DNA of 64,000 nt, taken from Candidatus Omnitrophota bacterium (GTDB taxonomy: Bacteria > Omnitrophota > Gorgyraeia > Gygaellales > Profunditerraquicolaceae). Position numbers and translations under genes: made by a program. Position 1 is the stretch's first letter. Each line of letters opens with the position of its first letter. Positions 48,775-57,736 of this stretch are shown here, one piece after another. The stretch covers positions 13,751-77,750 of the forward strand of contig JBAZGD010000002.1 in NCBI GenBank assembly GCA_041653055.1, read 5' to 3'. The notes below the pieces were generated by a model that was given only the letters and a program-made list of their open reading frames with translations, was not told the DNA's origin and did not search any database.

Positions 48775-50565
48775 CTATTTTTGTATCTCCTGCATATGGT
48801 AAAGATTTTTATACATCCCACCCCTTGCCAACAACTCCTGGTGGGTTCCGATCTCACTAATGCTCCCCTTATTCATAACCGCAATTAAATGGGCATTGCG
48901 TACCGTTGAAAGCCTGTGGGCAATAACAAATACCGTCCTGCCCATCATCAACCGGTCTAATGCCTCCTGCACCACCCTCTCCGAATGGGAATCCAGCTGA
49001 GAAGTGGCTTCATCTAAAATTAATATCGGAGGGTTTTTTAAAAGTGCGCGGGCTATGGCAATCCTTTGGCGCTCACCGCCGGAAATACGCATACCCCGAT
49101 CTCCGATAACAGTACCGTATCCGCCTGAAAGCTGGAGTATAAAATCATGGGCATTGGCCTGGCGCGCCGCATCCTCTATCTCCTTATCCGTTGCGTTAGG
49201 CCGCCCGTAAGCTATATTATTCCTGATACTATCATTAAAGAGGATGGTTTCCTGGCTGACTATCCCGGTCATACTACGCAAGGATTTTAAGGTAAACTCC
49301 CGTATATCTGCTCCGTCAATTAATACCCTGCCCTTACTGGGATCGTAAAATCGCGGGATTAAATCTAAAAGCGTGGTCTTCCCCGTGCCGCTGGGGCCTA
49401 CAATGGCAAGCATAGAACCGAAAGGAACGTCCAATTTAATCCCTTTAAGGACCGTATTCTCTCCATAGCTAAACCAAACGTCATCAAAAATAACCCCCTT
49501 CTTAAATTCTTTAAGGACGCGCGCCGAAGGAGACTCCCCTACTGAAGGCTTAGCCTCTAAAACCTCGTATATCCTGTCGCTGGCTGCAACCGCCTGTTGA
49601 TTCAATGAATTTACCTGGCTTAACTTCTTAAATGGGCGGATAGTAGACAGAAGCGCTCCGATAAAGAGCCCAAAAACACCGAAAGAGATCTTTCCTGCGA
49701 TAACCTCCCGGCCCCCCAAGTAAAAAACCGTAATCCCCGCAAGGCAGCCTAAAATCTCGGTAGCCGGGCTTAAGAGCAGGGTGCGCTTAATAGACTTCAT
49801 TGATAAGCGGTAGGAATCATTATTAATCTTATTGAACTTCTTAACCTCGTAATCCTCCATGTTAAAGGCCTTAACGATCCTTGCCCCGATAATCGTTTCG
49901 TGCAGCACGGAATTTATATCTGCCGCCTTTTCCTGCGAGCTGCGGGATAGCTTCCTTAGCTTTTTCCCTACCCTGGAAATCGTATACCCTAGTATAGCCA
50001 AAGGAGGAAGGATAAATATAACAAACTTCGGGTATATAAAGAGCGTGATGGAGAAGAATATTATAACCTGCAGGCCCTGATAAACCAGGTCGCTTGAGCC
50101 GTAAGAAACCGCATTTTCAACCACCCTGGCGTCATTAGTAATACGGGAGACCATCTCTCCGCCTCGCTTATGAGTGAAATAATCCAAAGAGAGGTTCTGG
50201 AATTTAGCATAGAGCTTCGCCTTAATATCCCTTACTATCCTCTGCCCGATATCTGACATGAGATAGCTTTGCAGGAAACCAAAGAGCCCCTTGATTATAA
50301 AGAGCAGGATAATCGCTACGGCCATATAGCCTAAAAGGTCCTCTGGGGGGATAGTATTTATCTTATCTATAAAATTACTTAAGAAATCCGGCAGCTTGGC
50401 AGGGATAACTATTTTCTTATTGGTAAGGACTTTATCCGCCAGGGGCACCATCATCGCCAGGGATACCCCGTCAAATACAGCGGAAAAACCCATGCATACG
50501 CTGGCTAGAACAAAAAGCCCCAGATAAGGCCTTACAAACTTAAGTAATTTAAAATAGTCGCGCAT
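48775..50565 (-). CDS. msbA: ABC transporter, fused permease/ATPase, MsbA-like lipid A/lipid exporter
   Basis: Six-TM ABC exporter domain plus an NBD with Walker A GPSGTGKTT, signature LSGGERQRIAIARAL, Walker B ILILDEATS. Adjacent to lpxB. Confidence 0.75.
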   Translation of the reverse strand: MRDYFKLLKFVRPYLGLFVLASVCMGFSAVFDGVSLAMMVPLADKVLTNKKIVIPAKLPDFLSNFIDKINTIPPEDLLGYMAVAIILLFIIKGLFGFLQSYLMSDIGQRIVRDIKAKLYAKFQNLSLDYFTHKRGGEMVSRITNDARVVENAVSYGSSDLVYQGLQVIIFFSITLFIYPKFVIFILPPLAILGYTISRVGKKLRKLSRSSQEKAADINSVLHETIIGARIVKAFNMEDYEVKKFNKINNDSYRLSMKSIKRTLLLSPATEILGCLAGITVFYLGGREVIAGKISFGVFGLFIGALLSTIRPFKKLSQVNSLNQQAVAASDRIYEVLEAKPSVGESPSARVLKEFKKGVIFDDVWFSYGENTVLKGIKLDVPFGSMLAIVGPSGTGKTTLLDLIPRFYDPSKGRVLIDGADIREFTLKSLRSMTGIVSQETILFNDSIRNNIAYGRPNATDKEIEDAARQANAHDFILQLSGGYGTVIGDRGMRISGGERQRIAIARALLKNPPILILDEATSQLDSHSERVVQEALDRLMMGRTVFVIAHRLSTVRNAHLIAVMNKGSISEIGTHQELLARGGMYKNLYHMQEIQK

Positions 50566-50628
50566 GTTTTTATCCTTTAAAGAAAATGTATTTTATCATA
50601 GCAATTGACTTTTGTCGAGCCATTTGCT

Positions 50629-51567
50629 ATGATTCTTTCTATGGATAAAATCAAGGTTGGAGTCATAGGGACAGGCCATCTAGGGAGCATCCATGCTAGG
50701 GTTTACAGGGAAATCCCCGGATGCAGCCTTGTGGCGGTATGCGACACAAACAGCAAGACGCTTGACTCAGTATCAAGAAAACTCAATGTCCCTGGCTATA
50801 GCGACCACCGTAAACTTTACGGCGAGGTTGACGCCGTAAGTATAGCCACGCCCACAAGAATGCATTTTAAGGTTGCCGCTGATTTCCTGAATAACAAAAT
50901 ACACACCCTTGTAGAAAAACCCTTCACCCCAACCCTCCAGGAAGCAGACAGCTTAATAAAAATAGCCAAAGATAACGGCTTAATCCTGCAGGTAGGGCAT
51001 ATCGAAAGGTTCAATTCCGCCTTCAGCGCGACTAAAAAAATCATCAAAGACCCAAAATTTATAGAATGCCACCGCCTCTCCTCTTTTCCTAACCGCTCCC
51101 TTGACGTAGGGGTAGTATTGGATATAATGATTCACGATATTGACATAATCTTGGGCCTGGTTAATTCACCGGTAGAACGGATGGAATCAGTGGGCGTCAA
51201 TGTGCTTACTGATTTTGAGGATATTGCCAATGCCCGCCTTACCTTTAAAAACGGATGCGTCGCCAATCTCACTGCCTCGCGGGTATCGGATGAGGCCATG
51301 CGTAAAATCAGAATTTTCCAGGAAAATACCTATATCTCCCTTGATTACAAGAATGCGCAGGCAGTAGTATACCGTAAAGGCCTATTTAAAATCACAAAAG
51401 AGGGCCTTCCTATCGAAAAAGAACAGCCCCTGCAAAAAGAATTGGCTTCTTTTATCGAATGCGTGGCTCAGCATAAAGAACCGCTGGTCTCGGGAGAAGT
51501 TGCCCGCGGGGCGCTGGATTGTGCGCTTAGAATTCAGAATCAAATATGGCAAAAAAACAGATCCTGA
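50629..51567 (+). CDS. Gfo/Idh/MocA family NAD(P)-dependent oxidoreductase (possible UDP-GlcNAc 3-dehydrogenase GnnA-like)
   Basis: Rossmann N-terminus KIKVGVIGTGHLG… and the Gfo/Idh/MocA core (…EKPFTPTLQEADSL…). Track start TTG 50605. ATG at 50629 or 50641 is more plausible. Overlaps lpxB by 22 nt. Confidence 0.65.
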   Translation: MILSMDKIKVGVIGTGHLGSIHARVYREIPGCSLVAVCDTNSKTLDSVSRKLNVPGYSDHRKLYGEVDAVSIATPTRMHFKVAADFLNNKIHTLVEKPFTPTLQEADSLIKIAKDNGLILQVGHIERFNSAFSATKKIIKDPKFIECHRLSSFPNRSLDVGVVLDIMIHDIDIILGLVNSPVERMESVGVNVLTDFEDIANARLTFKNGCVANLTASRVSDEAMRKIRIFQENTYISLDYKNAQAVVYRKGLFKITKEGLPIEKEQPLQKELASFIECVAQHKEPLVSGEVARGALDCALRIQNQIWQKNRS

Positions 51568-52682
51568 TTATTTGCGGAGAACCTTCAGGCGAAATGCATG
51601 CCGCCGGATTAGTCAGGGAAATGAAAAAGATAGACCCCGATATTAATATCTCCGGAATAGGCTCAAGCCTGCTGAGAAACGCAGGTGCTGATATTTTTTA
51701 TGATATCAAGGGCCTCTCGGTAATGGGCCTGTTCGATGTCTTTAAGAAACTCCCTAAATTTATCTCCTTAAGAAACCTTATCCTGAAGAAAATAAAAAGC
51801 GGGAACTGGAATGCAGTAATTTTCGTGGACTTCTCAGGCTTTAACCTCAGGCTGGCAAAGAAGATTAATAATGAGATTTTGACTATTTACTATGTCTCTC
51901 CTCAATTATGGGCTTCCCGGGAAGGAAGGATAAAAACCATAAAAAAATATATTAAGAAAGTCATTGTCCTTTTTAAATTTGAACGGGCTTTTTATAAAAA
52001 ACACGGCGTGGACGCTGACTGGGCGGGGCATCCTCTTTTAGACATAGTAAAGCCCACTATGGCAAGGGATGAATTAATGAAAAATCTAAAGCTAGACAAG
52101 GATAAAATCACTATATCCCTTTTCCCGGGGTCAAGAAAACAAGAGGTAAAAAAGATACTCCCGATTATGCTGAAAAGTGCTGGCCTTATAGAGAAAAAAC
52201 TGAACGCCCAGTTTATAGTCGCCAAATACCCCCAGGTTGAATGGGGCGCCTATAACGAATTAATTAAAAAATACGGAGTGGACGTAAAGATCATAGAAGG
52301 CAAACCTTATGATTGCATGAACATCGCGGACTTCTGCCTGGTATGTTCCGGAACCGCTACCCTGGAGACAGCCATAATGCAAAAACCCTTCTGCCTTATT
52401 TACAAAATGGGTTTCTTGAATTTCCTATTATACCGTCCGCAGGTAAAGCTGCCCTATATCGGGCTGGCTAATATTGTGGCCGGCAAGAAAATAATCCCGG
52501 AATTTATACAGCTTAAGGCAAGCCCGGGAAGGATTGCCGATTACGCGGTTAAAACCCTTAAAGATCCCGCTAAAATAAAGGCTATCAAAGAAGACCTATC
52601 CGCAATAAAGCCGCATCTTGGCGAAACCGGCGCGGCCTCTTACGCCGCCCGCTCCATCATCAATTTCCTCGCTAAACCTTAA
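51546..52682 (+). CDS. lpxB: lipid-A-disaccharide synthase
   Basis: MAKKQILIICGEPSGEMHAAGLV… (GT19 family N-terminus) and conserved downstream LpxB blocks. 378 aa. Confidence 0.85.
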   Translation: MAKKQILIICGEPSGEMHAAGLVREMKKIDPDINISGIGSSLLRNAGADIFYDIKGLSVMGLFDVFKKLPKFISLRNLILKKIKSGNWNAVIFVDFSGFNLRLAKKINNEILTIYYVSPQLWASREGRIKTIKKYIKKVIVLFKFERAFYKKHGVDADWAGHPLLDIVKPTMARDELMKNLKLDKDKITISLFPGSRKQEVKKILPIMLKSAGLIEKKLNAQFIVAKYPQVEWGAYNELIKKYGVDVKIIEGKPYDCMNIADFCLVCSGTATLETAIMQKPFCLIYKMGFLNFLLYRPQVKLPYIGLANIVAGKKIIPEFIQLKASPGRIADYAVKTLKDPAKIKAIKEDLSAIKPHLGETGAASYAARSIINFLAKP

Positions 52683-53773
52683 AAAGAAACTGACTCAGCG
52701 CTTTTAATGCGCTCATCAATCGGAGGATGGTCAAAAAAGAAAAATTTGATTATCGGGTGGGGATTTCTGTCGGCGAGATTCTGGCTGGCAAGTTTATTCA
52801 TAGTAGAAACAAATGCCTCTTTGAGCCTTGTCGCCTCCAACGCCATTAAATCAGCGCTTCTCTCAAAACTCCTGCTTACAAAAGCCTCCAGCGGCCTCGT
52901 AATTATACTAAAGACAAGAAAATAGATGAAAATCAACGGCAAGGCGGCAATATCAGAAAGTCCGGGCAAACCAAAGAAACTTAAGGCGTATGCATTAGTA
53001 TTAAAGATTAAATAAAAAACAGCCAGGGTAACAAAGGAATTCAGCATAATTAGCTTTATTAAATGCCTGAGCTTATAATGCGCGAACTCATGGGCCAAGA
53101 TTACTTCAATCTCATCATGGGTATATTTATCCTTTAGGGTATCCGCGAGGATTACCCTGCGCGTATTCCCTACTCCCACAAAAGCGGCATTTGCCTTTAA
53201 GGTCTTCTTACTAAAATCAATCTCAAAACAATCTATTAATTTGACATCCATCCTCTTGGCCAAAAGCAGGATTCTTTCCCTTAAAACTTCATCCGCGAGC
53301 CTTTTGTATTTGAAGAAAACAGGAATAATAACAACCGGCATTACCTTGGCCAGCAAAACAGAGAAGAATATCCAGAATAACGAAATAACCAGCCACCACC
53401 CATAAGGAAAATGATCCAGGATAATATAAAAGACGCTAAACAATAAAAGGCTGATAATGTAGGAGATTGCCCCTGATTTGAACTGGTCCTTCCACCAATC
53501 GTTGACCCTCTGCCTGGAGAGTAGAAATTTATGCTCCAGGGTATAGGACTGGTAAAAACTTAAAGGGAAATTTAGAAGAAAATAGAGTACGAAAATTATG
53601 ATTAGATATACGGGCAAAACCAATGAATCCAAAAGGCGATCCCCCAGCACAAGGGCAATACGTCCGGATATCCCCAGCTTTAAAAATAAAAAAAGCAGGA
53701 CAAAGGCATAAACTAATCCGGCAATATTCAATCCATATCTAATATTGGAATAGCTCTTTGCTTTATCCTGCAT
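52679..53773 (-). CDS. M48 family zinc metalloprotease (Ste24/HtpX-like) with N-terminal multi-TM domain
   Basis: HEXXH motif HEFAH and the downstream third ligand region (…NPHPIIKFFFFDHPP…ERI…). Confidence 0.75.
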   Translation of the reverse strand: MQDKAKSYSNIRYGLNIAGLVYAFVLLFLFLKLGISGRIALVLGDRLLDSLVLPVYLIIIFVLYFLLNFPLSFYQSYTLEHKFLLSRQRVNDWWKDQFKSGAISYIISLLLFSVFYIILDHFPYGWWLVISLFWIFFSVLLAKVMPVVIIPVFFKYKRLADEVLRERILLLAKRMDVKLIDCFEIDFSKKTLKANAAFVGVGNTRRVILADTLKDKYTHDEIEVILAHEFAHYKLRHLIKLIMLNSFVTLAVFYLIFNTNAYALSFFGLPGLSDIAALPLIFIYFLVFSIITRPLEAFVSRSFERSADLMALEATRLKEAFVSTMNKLASQNLADRNPHPIIKFFFFDHPPIDERIKSAESVSF

Positions 53774-53786
53774 AGCAGAAAACTTG

Positions 53787-54029
53787 CTAAGCCTTCTTAA
53801 CCGCAGGCTTAATATTCACAAATGTACGTAATTTCCCGCGGCTTGTTTTCTTGCGGGTAAAATAAATCTTTCCATCGCAGAAGGCAAAAAGCGTACCTAG
53901 GCCCCGCACATTAACCCCCGCCTTATAGGTATCTACCCCCCTGACCAATATCTGCCCGGCCTTAACAGCCATCCCCCCCGAAACCTTGCTTGCCTTATCT
54001 TTCTTGGGTGTTGAAAATCCGCCTATCAT
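53787..54029 (-). CDS. rpmA: 50S ribosomal protein L27-like (divergent N-terminus)
   Basis: The C-terminal two thirds align with L27 (…AGQILVRGVDTYKAGVNVRGLG.TLFAFCDGKIYF…). The N-terminus MIGGFSTPKKDKASKVSGG lacks the conserved AHKKG…GSTRNGRDS. No rplU adjacent. Confidence 0.55.
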   Translation of the reverse strand: MIGGFSTPKKDKASKVSGGMAVKAGQILVRGVDTYKAGVNVRGLGTLFAFCDGKIYFTRKKTSRGKLRTFVNIKPAVKKA

Positions 54030-54070
54030 TGTATATCCTCCTTATGTTTCGCAATTTTACCACACAATTA

Positions 54071-55465
54071 TTAATTTAGCAACACTTCTTCATTTTTCAC
54101 CGGGGCATGGACATTTATGCCTTTTTGCGCAAGGATGCTGGATAAAATATTTATCTGCTCCTCCTCGCCGTGCACCAGGAAAATGCGCTTTAAAGGCATA
54201 CATGCAGAAACAAATTCCAGAAGCTCGCCTTGATCGGCATGCCCCGACATGGCATTAACCGTAACCACCTCGGCGTTAAGCTCATACTCAATACCGAATA
54301 TGCGCACCAGCTTCTCTTTATCTACAATCCGCCTGCCCAGAGTATCGCGGGCCATATAACCAACCGCAAGAATCATATTGCGGCTATCTTCAATATTATT
54401 CTGCAGGTGATGCAGGATCCTGCCGGATTCGCACATTCCGCTCCCCGCGATAATAATCATCGGGCGCTTGTCCGCATTCAAGGCCTTGGACTCTTTTTGA
54501 TCCCGGATAAACCTTAAATTAAGCAAACCAAAAGGGCTATTCCCCTTTGCTATATCATCACCTGTCTTCTTATCGAGATAATCACAGTGGTATTCAAACA
54601 TCTCAGTAATATCCGTAGCCAGCGGGCTATCTACATATATCGGTACCGAAGGAATGAGTTTGTCTTTTAGTAATTCATTTAGGAAATAGACTACTTCCTG
54701 CGCGCGCTCAAGGGTAAAGGAAGGGATAAGAACCTTCCCTCCCCTGCGCAAGGTACGCGATATGGCCTCCCTTAATTTTGACTGGGCCTCCTCAATAGGC
54801 GCATGCAGCCTGCCGCCATAAGTACTCTCCATAATAAGGTAATCGAGGTTTTTAGGTATAACCGGGTCATTAAGCAGGGGAAGATTTTTTCTGCCCAAAT
54901 CCACAGCATAACCCAGGCGGATAGAGCGGCCTTCGTTTTTAATATCTAAAACAGTTATCGCTGAACCTAAAATATGCCCGGCATTCACCAGGGTCGCATA
55001 AACATCCTTAGCCACGCAAAACTTCTGCCCGTAAGCTATAGGCCTGAAAATTTTAGTTGCCCTGGCAGCTTCCTTCTTAGTATAAAGCGGCTCCCTTTTA
55101 GGCAGGCCAATCCTCTTATTTATCTTATTCAAGTACTTTATATCTTCTTCCTGTATTTTCCCCGAATCCTCAAGCATCAATCCCGCCAAATCTTTAGTAG
55201 CAGATGTTGTATATATCTTGCAACGCAACCCCTTCTTGATTAAGCTGGGGATATTGCCGCAATGGTCAATATGGGCATGCGATAAGATGAGGGCGTTGAT
55301 TGAGCGCGGATTAAAATCAAAAGTCGTATTTATCTTATAGAACTCATCACGCCGCCCCTGAAATAATCCGGCATCGAGCAAAACTTCAGTTTTACCGGCG
55401 GTAATCAAATGGCTTGAACCTGTAACCGTCATTACCCCGCCAAGAAATTTTAATTTTACGGGCAT
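54071..55465 (-). CDS. beta-CASP family MBL-fold RNA/DNA-processing nuclease (CPSF73 / TTHA0252-like)
   Basis: MBL motif LSHAHIDHCG, beta-CASP region and C-terminal …MSGHADQGEL… motif. Confidence 0.7.
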   Translation of the reverse strand: MPVKLKFLGGVMTVTGSSHLITAGKTEVLLDAGLFQGRRDEFYKINTTFDFNPRSINALILSHAHIDHCGNIPSLIKKGLRCKIYTTSATKDLAGLMLEDSGKIQEEDIKYLNKINKRIGLPKREPLYTKKEAARATKIFRPIAYGQKFCVAKDVYATLVNAGHILGSAITVLDIKNEGRSIRLGYAVDLGRKNLPLLNDPVIPKNLDYLIMESTYGGRLHAPIEEAQSKLREAISRTLRRGGKVLIPSFTLERAQEVVYFLNELLKDKLIPSVPIYVDSPLATDITEMFEYHCDYLDKKTGDDIAKGNSPFGLLNLRFIRDQKESKALNADKRPMIIIAGSGMCESGRILHHLQNNIEDSRNMILAVGYMARDTLGRRIVDKEKLVRIFGIEYELNAEVVTVNAMSGHADQGELLEFVSACMPLKRIFLVHGEEEQINILSSILAQKGINVHAPVKNEEVLLN

Positions 55466-55470
55466 ATAAG

Positions 55471-56151
55471 CTAATCCTTTTTTATTATCTTAAAAATAAC
55501 CATAACTACCAATATAATATAGATAAAACTGGATAAAAACAATACTTTATTATTTAAAAAATATTCCGTAAGCGCCAGCGGGTCATTCAAGATGCTTTTA
55601 CCCACGGCATAAACAATATACTGGATCCAGAACATTTTCAATGGGGTACCAAGGATAACCGCTACCAAATACTTTCCAAAGCGCATCCCGGTTAAGCCGG
55701 CAGCCAAATCCATAAATCTGTAGGGCACTAAAGGTGCGGCCCTAAATACAAGCAGCCAGAAGATATTCAGCCTGCTCAATTTTTCATCCAGGGCCTGATA
55801 CCTTCCGGACAATTTTTTGTGAACATACCCCCTTCCGAGAAAACGAGATAAATAGAATAAAATAAAGGCGTTGATAAATTCAGCTACGCAGATTAACGAG
55901 GCACTTAAAAAAGGCCCGAAGAGCAGTGCCCCGCTAAACCAAAATACATCCTTGGAGAAAAAAAGAAAAAAACTAATAGTTACGTAAAACAAAACGTATA
56001 ATGACGCGCTTAAAAAAAGAGGGTAACCGGAAAGAGAATCCTGCAGCGCGGGGATATCTATACCTAAATAACGGCTTAAGTACCACAACAATAATATAAC
56101 CAGGACAAAAACAATGAACTTAAACTCCTGGCTGTACTTTCGGATAGCCAT
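55471..56151 (-). CDS. TVP38/TMEM64 (DedA-related, VTT-domain) membrane protein
   Basis: 226 aa polytopic protein with the VTT-domain pattern (…FRAAPLVPYRFMDLAAGLTGMRFGKYL…). Confidence 0.7.
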   Translation of the reverse strand: MAIRKYSQEFKFIVFVLVILLLWYLSRYLGIDIPALQDSLSGYPLFLSASLYVLFYVTISFFLFFSKDVFWFSGALLFGPFLSASLICVAEFINAFILFYLSRFLGRGYVHKKLSGRYQALDEKLSRLNIFWLLVFRAAPLVPYRFMDLAAGLTGMRFGKYLVAVILGTPLKMFWIQYIVYAVGKSILNDPLALTEYFLNNKVLFLSSFIYIILVVMVIFKIIKKD

Positions 56152-57671
56152 TAAGTTACAAAGAGGTTGCGCGAAGAGAACTTCCCGTCTGTGGTAAGGT
56201 TAACGCCGAGCCTTTTTAATCCCACTTCATCCCCGGGGGTGGGGATATGAGTCATATGCACCTCGCAGCCCTTAAGGAGCACAAGTTTCTGCATAGCTAT
56301 TTCTGCGGTATGATTCGTAGTAGCGCTTATAGACAAGGCGATAAGGGATTCTTCCAGGTCGAGGCTCTCGGAATCAGAGTCCAATATTCCTTCCTTAAGC
56401 TTGGCGATCTGGCTAATTATATGAGGGGAGAGCAGGAGTATCTCATCCGGTATGTTGGCCAAAACCTTAACCGCGTTTAAAATCAGGCTTGAAGCCGCAT
56501 GCATAAGCCTGGAATTCTTACCCGTGATAATCCTTCCGTCGGCAAGGGCAATGGCCGCGCCGCAAAATATTCCGGCATTCCCTTTACCCTCCGCCTCTGC
56601 CTCATCCGCGGTCTTTCTGGCCACTTCCACAACTGCCCGGTCAATAACCTTAACCCCCAGCTCCTCCATTAACAAAGTTACCCTGTCCACAGTTTCTTTC
56701 CTCTCAATACCCAGGAGATATTCGCTATTGTATCTAAAGAACCTGCGGACCAACTCCTGCTTAGCGGCATCCTGGACAATCTTATCATCCACTATCCCAA
56801 ACCCCGCACGGTTAACCCCCATATCCGTAGGAGAATTATAAACAGGCTGATTTAAATTTTTATCAAATATACGGGTTAAGATAAGCTTTAAAATCGGAAA
56901 ACATTCCACATCGCGGTTATAATTAATCGAGGTCTTGCTATATTTGTTGAGATGAAAGGGGTCTACCAGGTTAAAATCCTGAATATCTGCGGTAGCCGCC
57001 TCATAGGCAACGTTAACCGGATGCTTAAGGGCAAGGTTCCAGATCGGAAATGTCTCAAACTTGGCATATCCGGCGTTTATCCCGCGTTTATGCTCGTGGT
57101 ACAGCTGGGAGAGGCATACCGAAAGCTTGCCGCTGTTTGGCCCCGGGGCCGTAACAACGCAAATTGGGCTCTTTGTTTCTATAAAATCATTTTTCCCAAA
57201 ACCCTTCTCGCTTACTATTGAATCTACGTCTGCCGGGTAACCCTCTATAGGATAATGCAGGTAAACCTTTACCCCCCTGCGTTCTAACTTATTCTTAAAG
57301 ATTACGGCAGAGGACTGGTTGTTAAAACGCGTAATGACTACTGCCAGTATATCCAGCCCCCACTTCCTTAGGTCGTCTATTAATTTCAAGGTAGCCGCAT
57401 CATAAGTAATCCCGAAATCGCCGCGCACCCTGCCCTTCTCAATGTCTCCGGCATATATAGATAAAACAATGTCTATCTTATCTTTTAACGACTGCAACAG
57501 CCTTATCTTTACGTTAGGGTCATATCCGGGAAGTACGCGTGAGGCGTGGTAATCAAAGCAAAGCTTGCCCCCGAATTCAAGATATAGTTTATTATCAAAC
57601 TTGCGTACGCGGTCAATTATAGCCTGAGTTTGCTCTTTAAGATATTTTTCGTTATCAAAACCTGTTTTCAA
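56151..57671 (-). CDS. DUF1846 / UPF0371 family protein (function unknown)
   Basis: 506 aa. The N-terminus MKTGFDNEKYLKEQTQAIIDRV…KLYLEFGGKL.FDYHASRVLPGY.P… is the characteristic UPF0371 opening. TTG start with SD AAGGGAG. Confidence 0.6.
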   Translation of the reverse strand: MKTGFDNEKYLKEQTQAIIDRVRKFDNKLYLEFGGKLCFDYHASRVLPGYDPNVKIRLLQSLKDKIDIVLSIYAGDIEKGRVRGDFGITYDAATLKLIDDLRKWGLDILAVVITRFNNQSSAVIFKNKLERRGVKVYLHYPIEGYPADVDSIVSEKGFGKNDFIETKSPICVVTAPGPNSGKLSVCLSQLYHEHKRGINAGYAKFETFPIWNLALKHPVNVAYEAATADIQDFNLVDPFHLNKYSKTSINYNRDVECFPILKLILTRIFDKNLNQPVYNSPTDMGVNRAGFGIVDDKIVQDAAKQELVRRFFRYNSEYLLGIERKETVDRVTLLMEELGVKVIDRAVVEVARKTADEAEAEGKGNAGIFCGAAIALADGRIITGKNSRLMHAASSLILNAVKVLANIPDEILLLSPHIISQIAKLKEGILDSDSESLDLEESLIALSISATTNHTAEIAMQKLVLLKGCEVHMTHIPTPGDEVGLKRLGVNLTTDGKFSSRNLFVT

Positions 57672-57696
57672 GATAGGCTCCCTTGATTATTGAATT

Positions 57697-57725
57697 ATTA
57701 TATTACTCTACTATATCTTTGTAAA
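57697..57725 (-). promoter_or_regulatory. candidate internal sigma70-type promoter in front of the DUF1846 gene
   Basis: Minus strand TTTACA (57725..57720), 17-nt spacer, perfect TATAAT (57702..57697), within the 65-nt gap after the HD-GYP stop. Confidence 0.45.
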
Positions 57726-57736
57726 TAGGACAAGAA

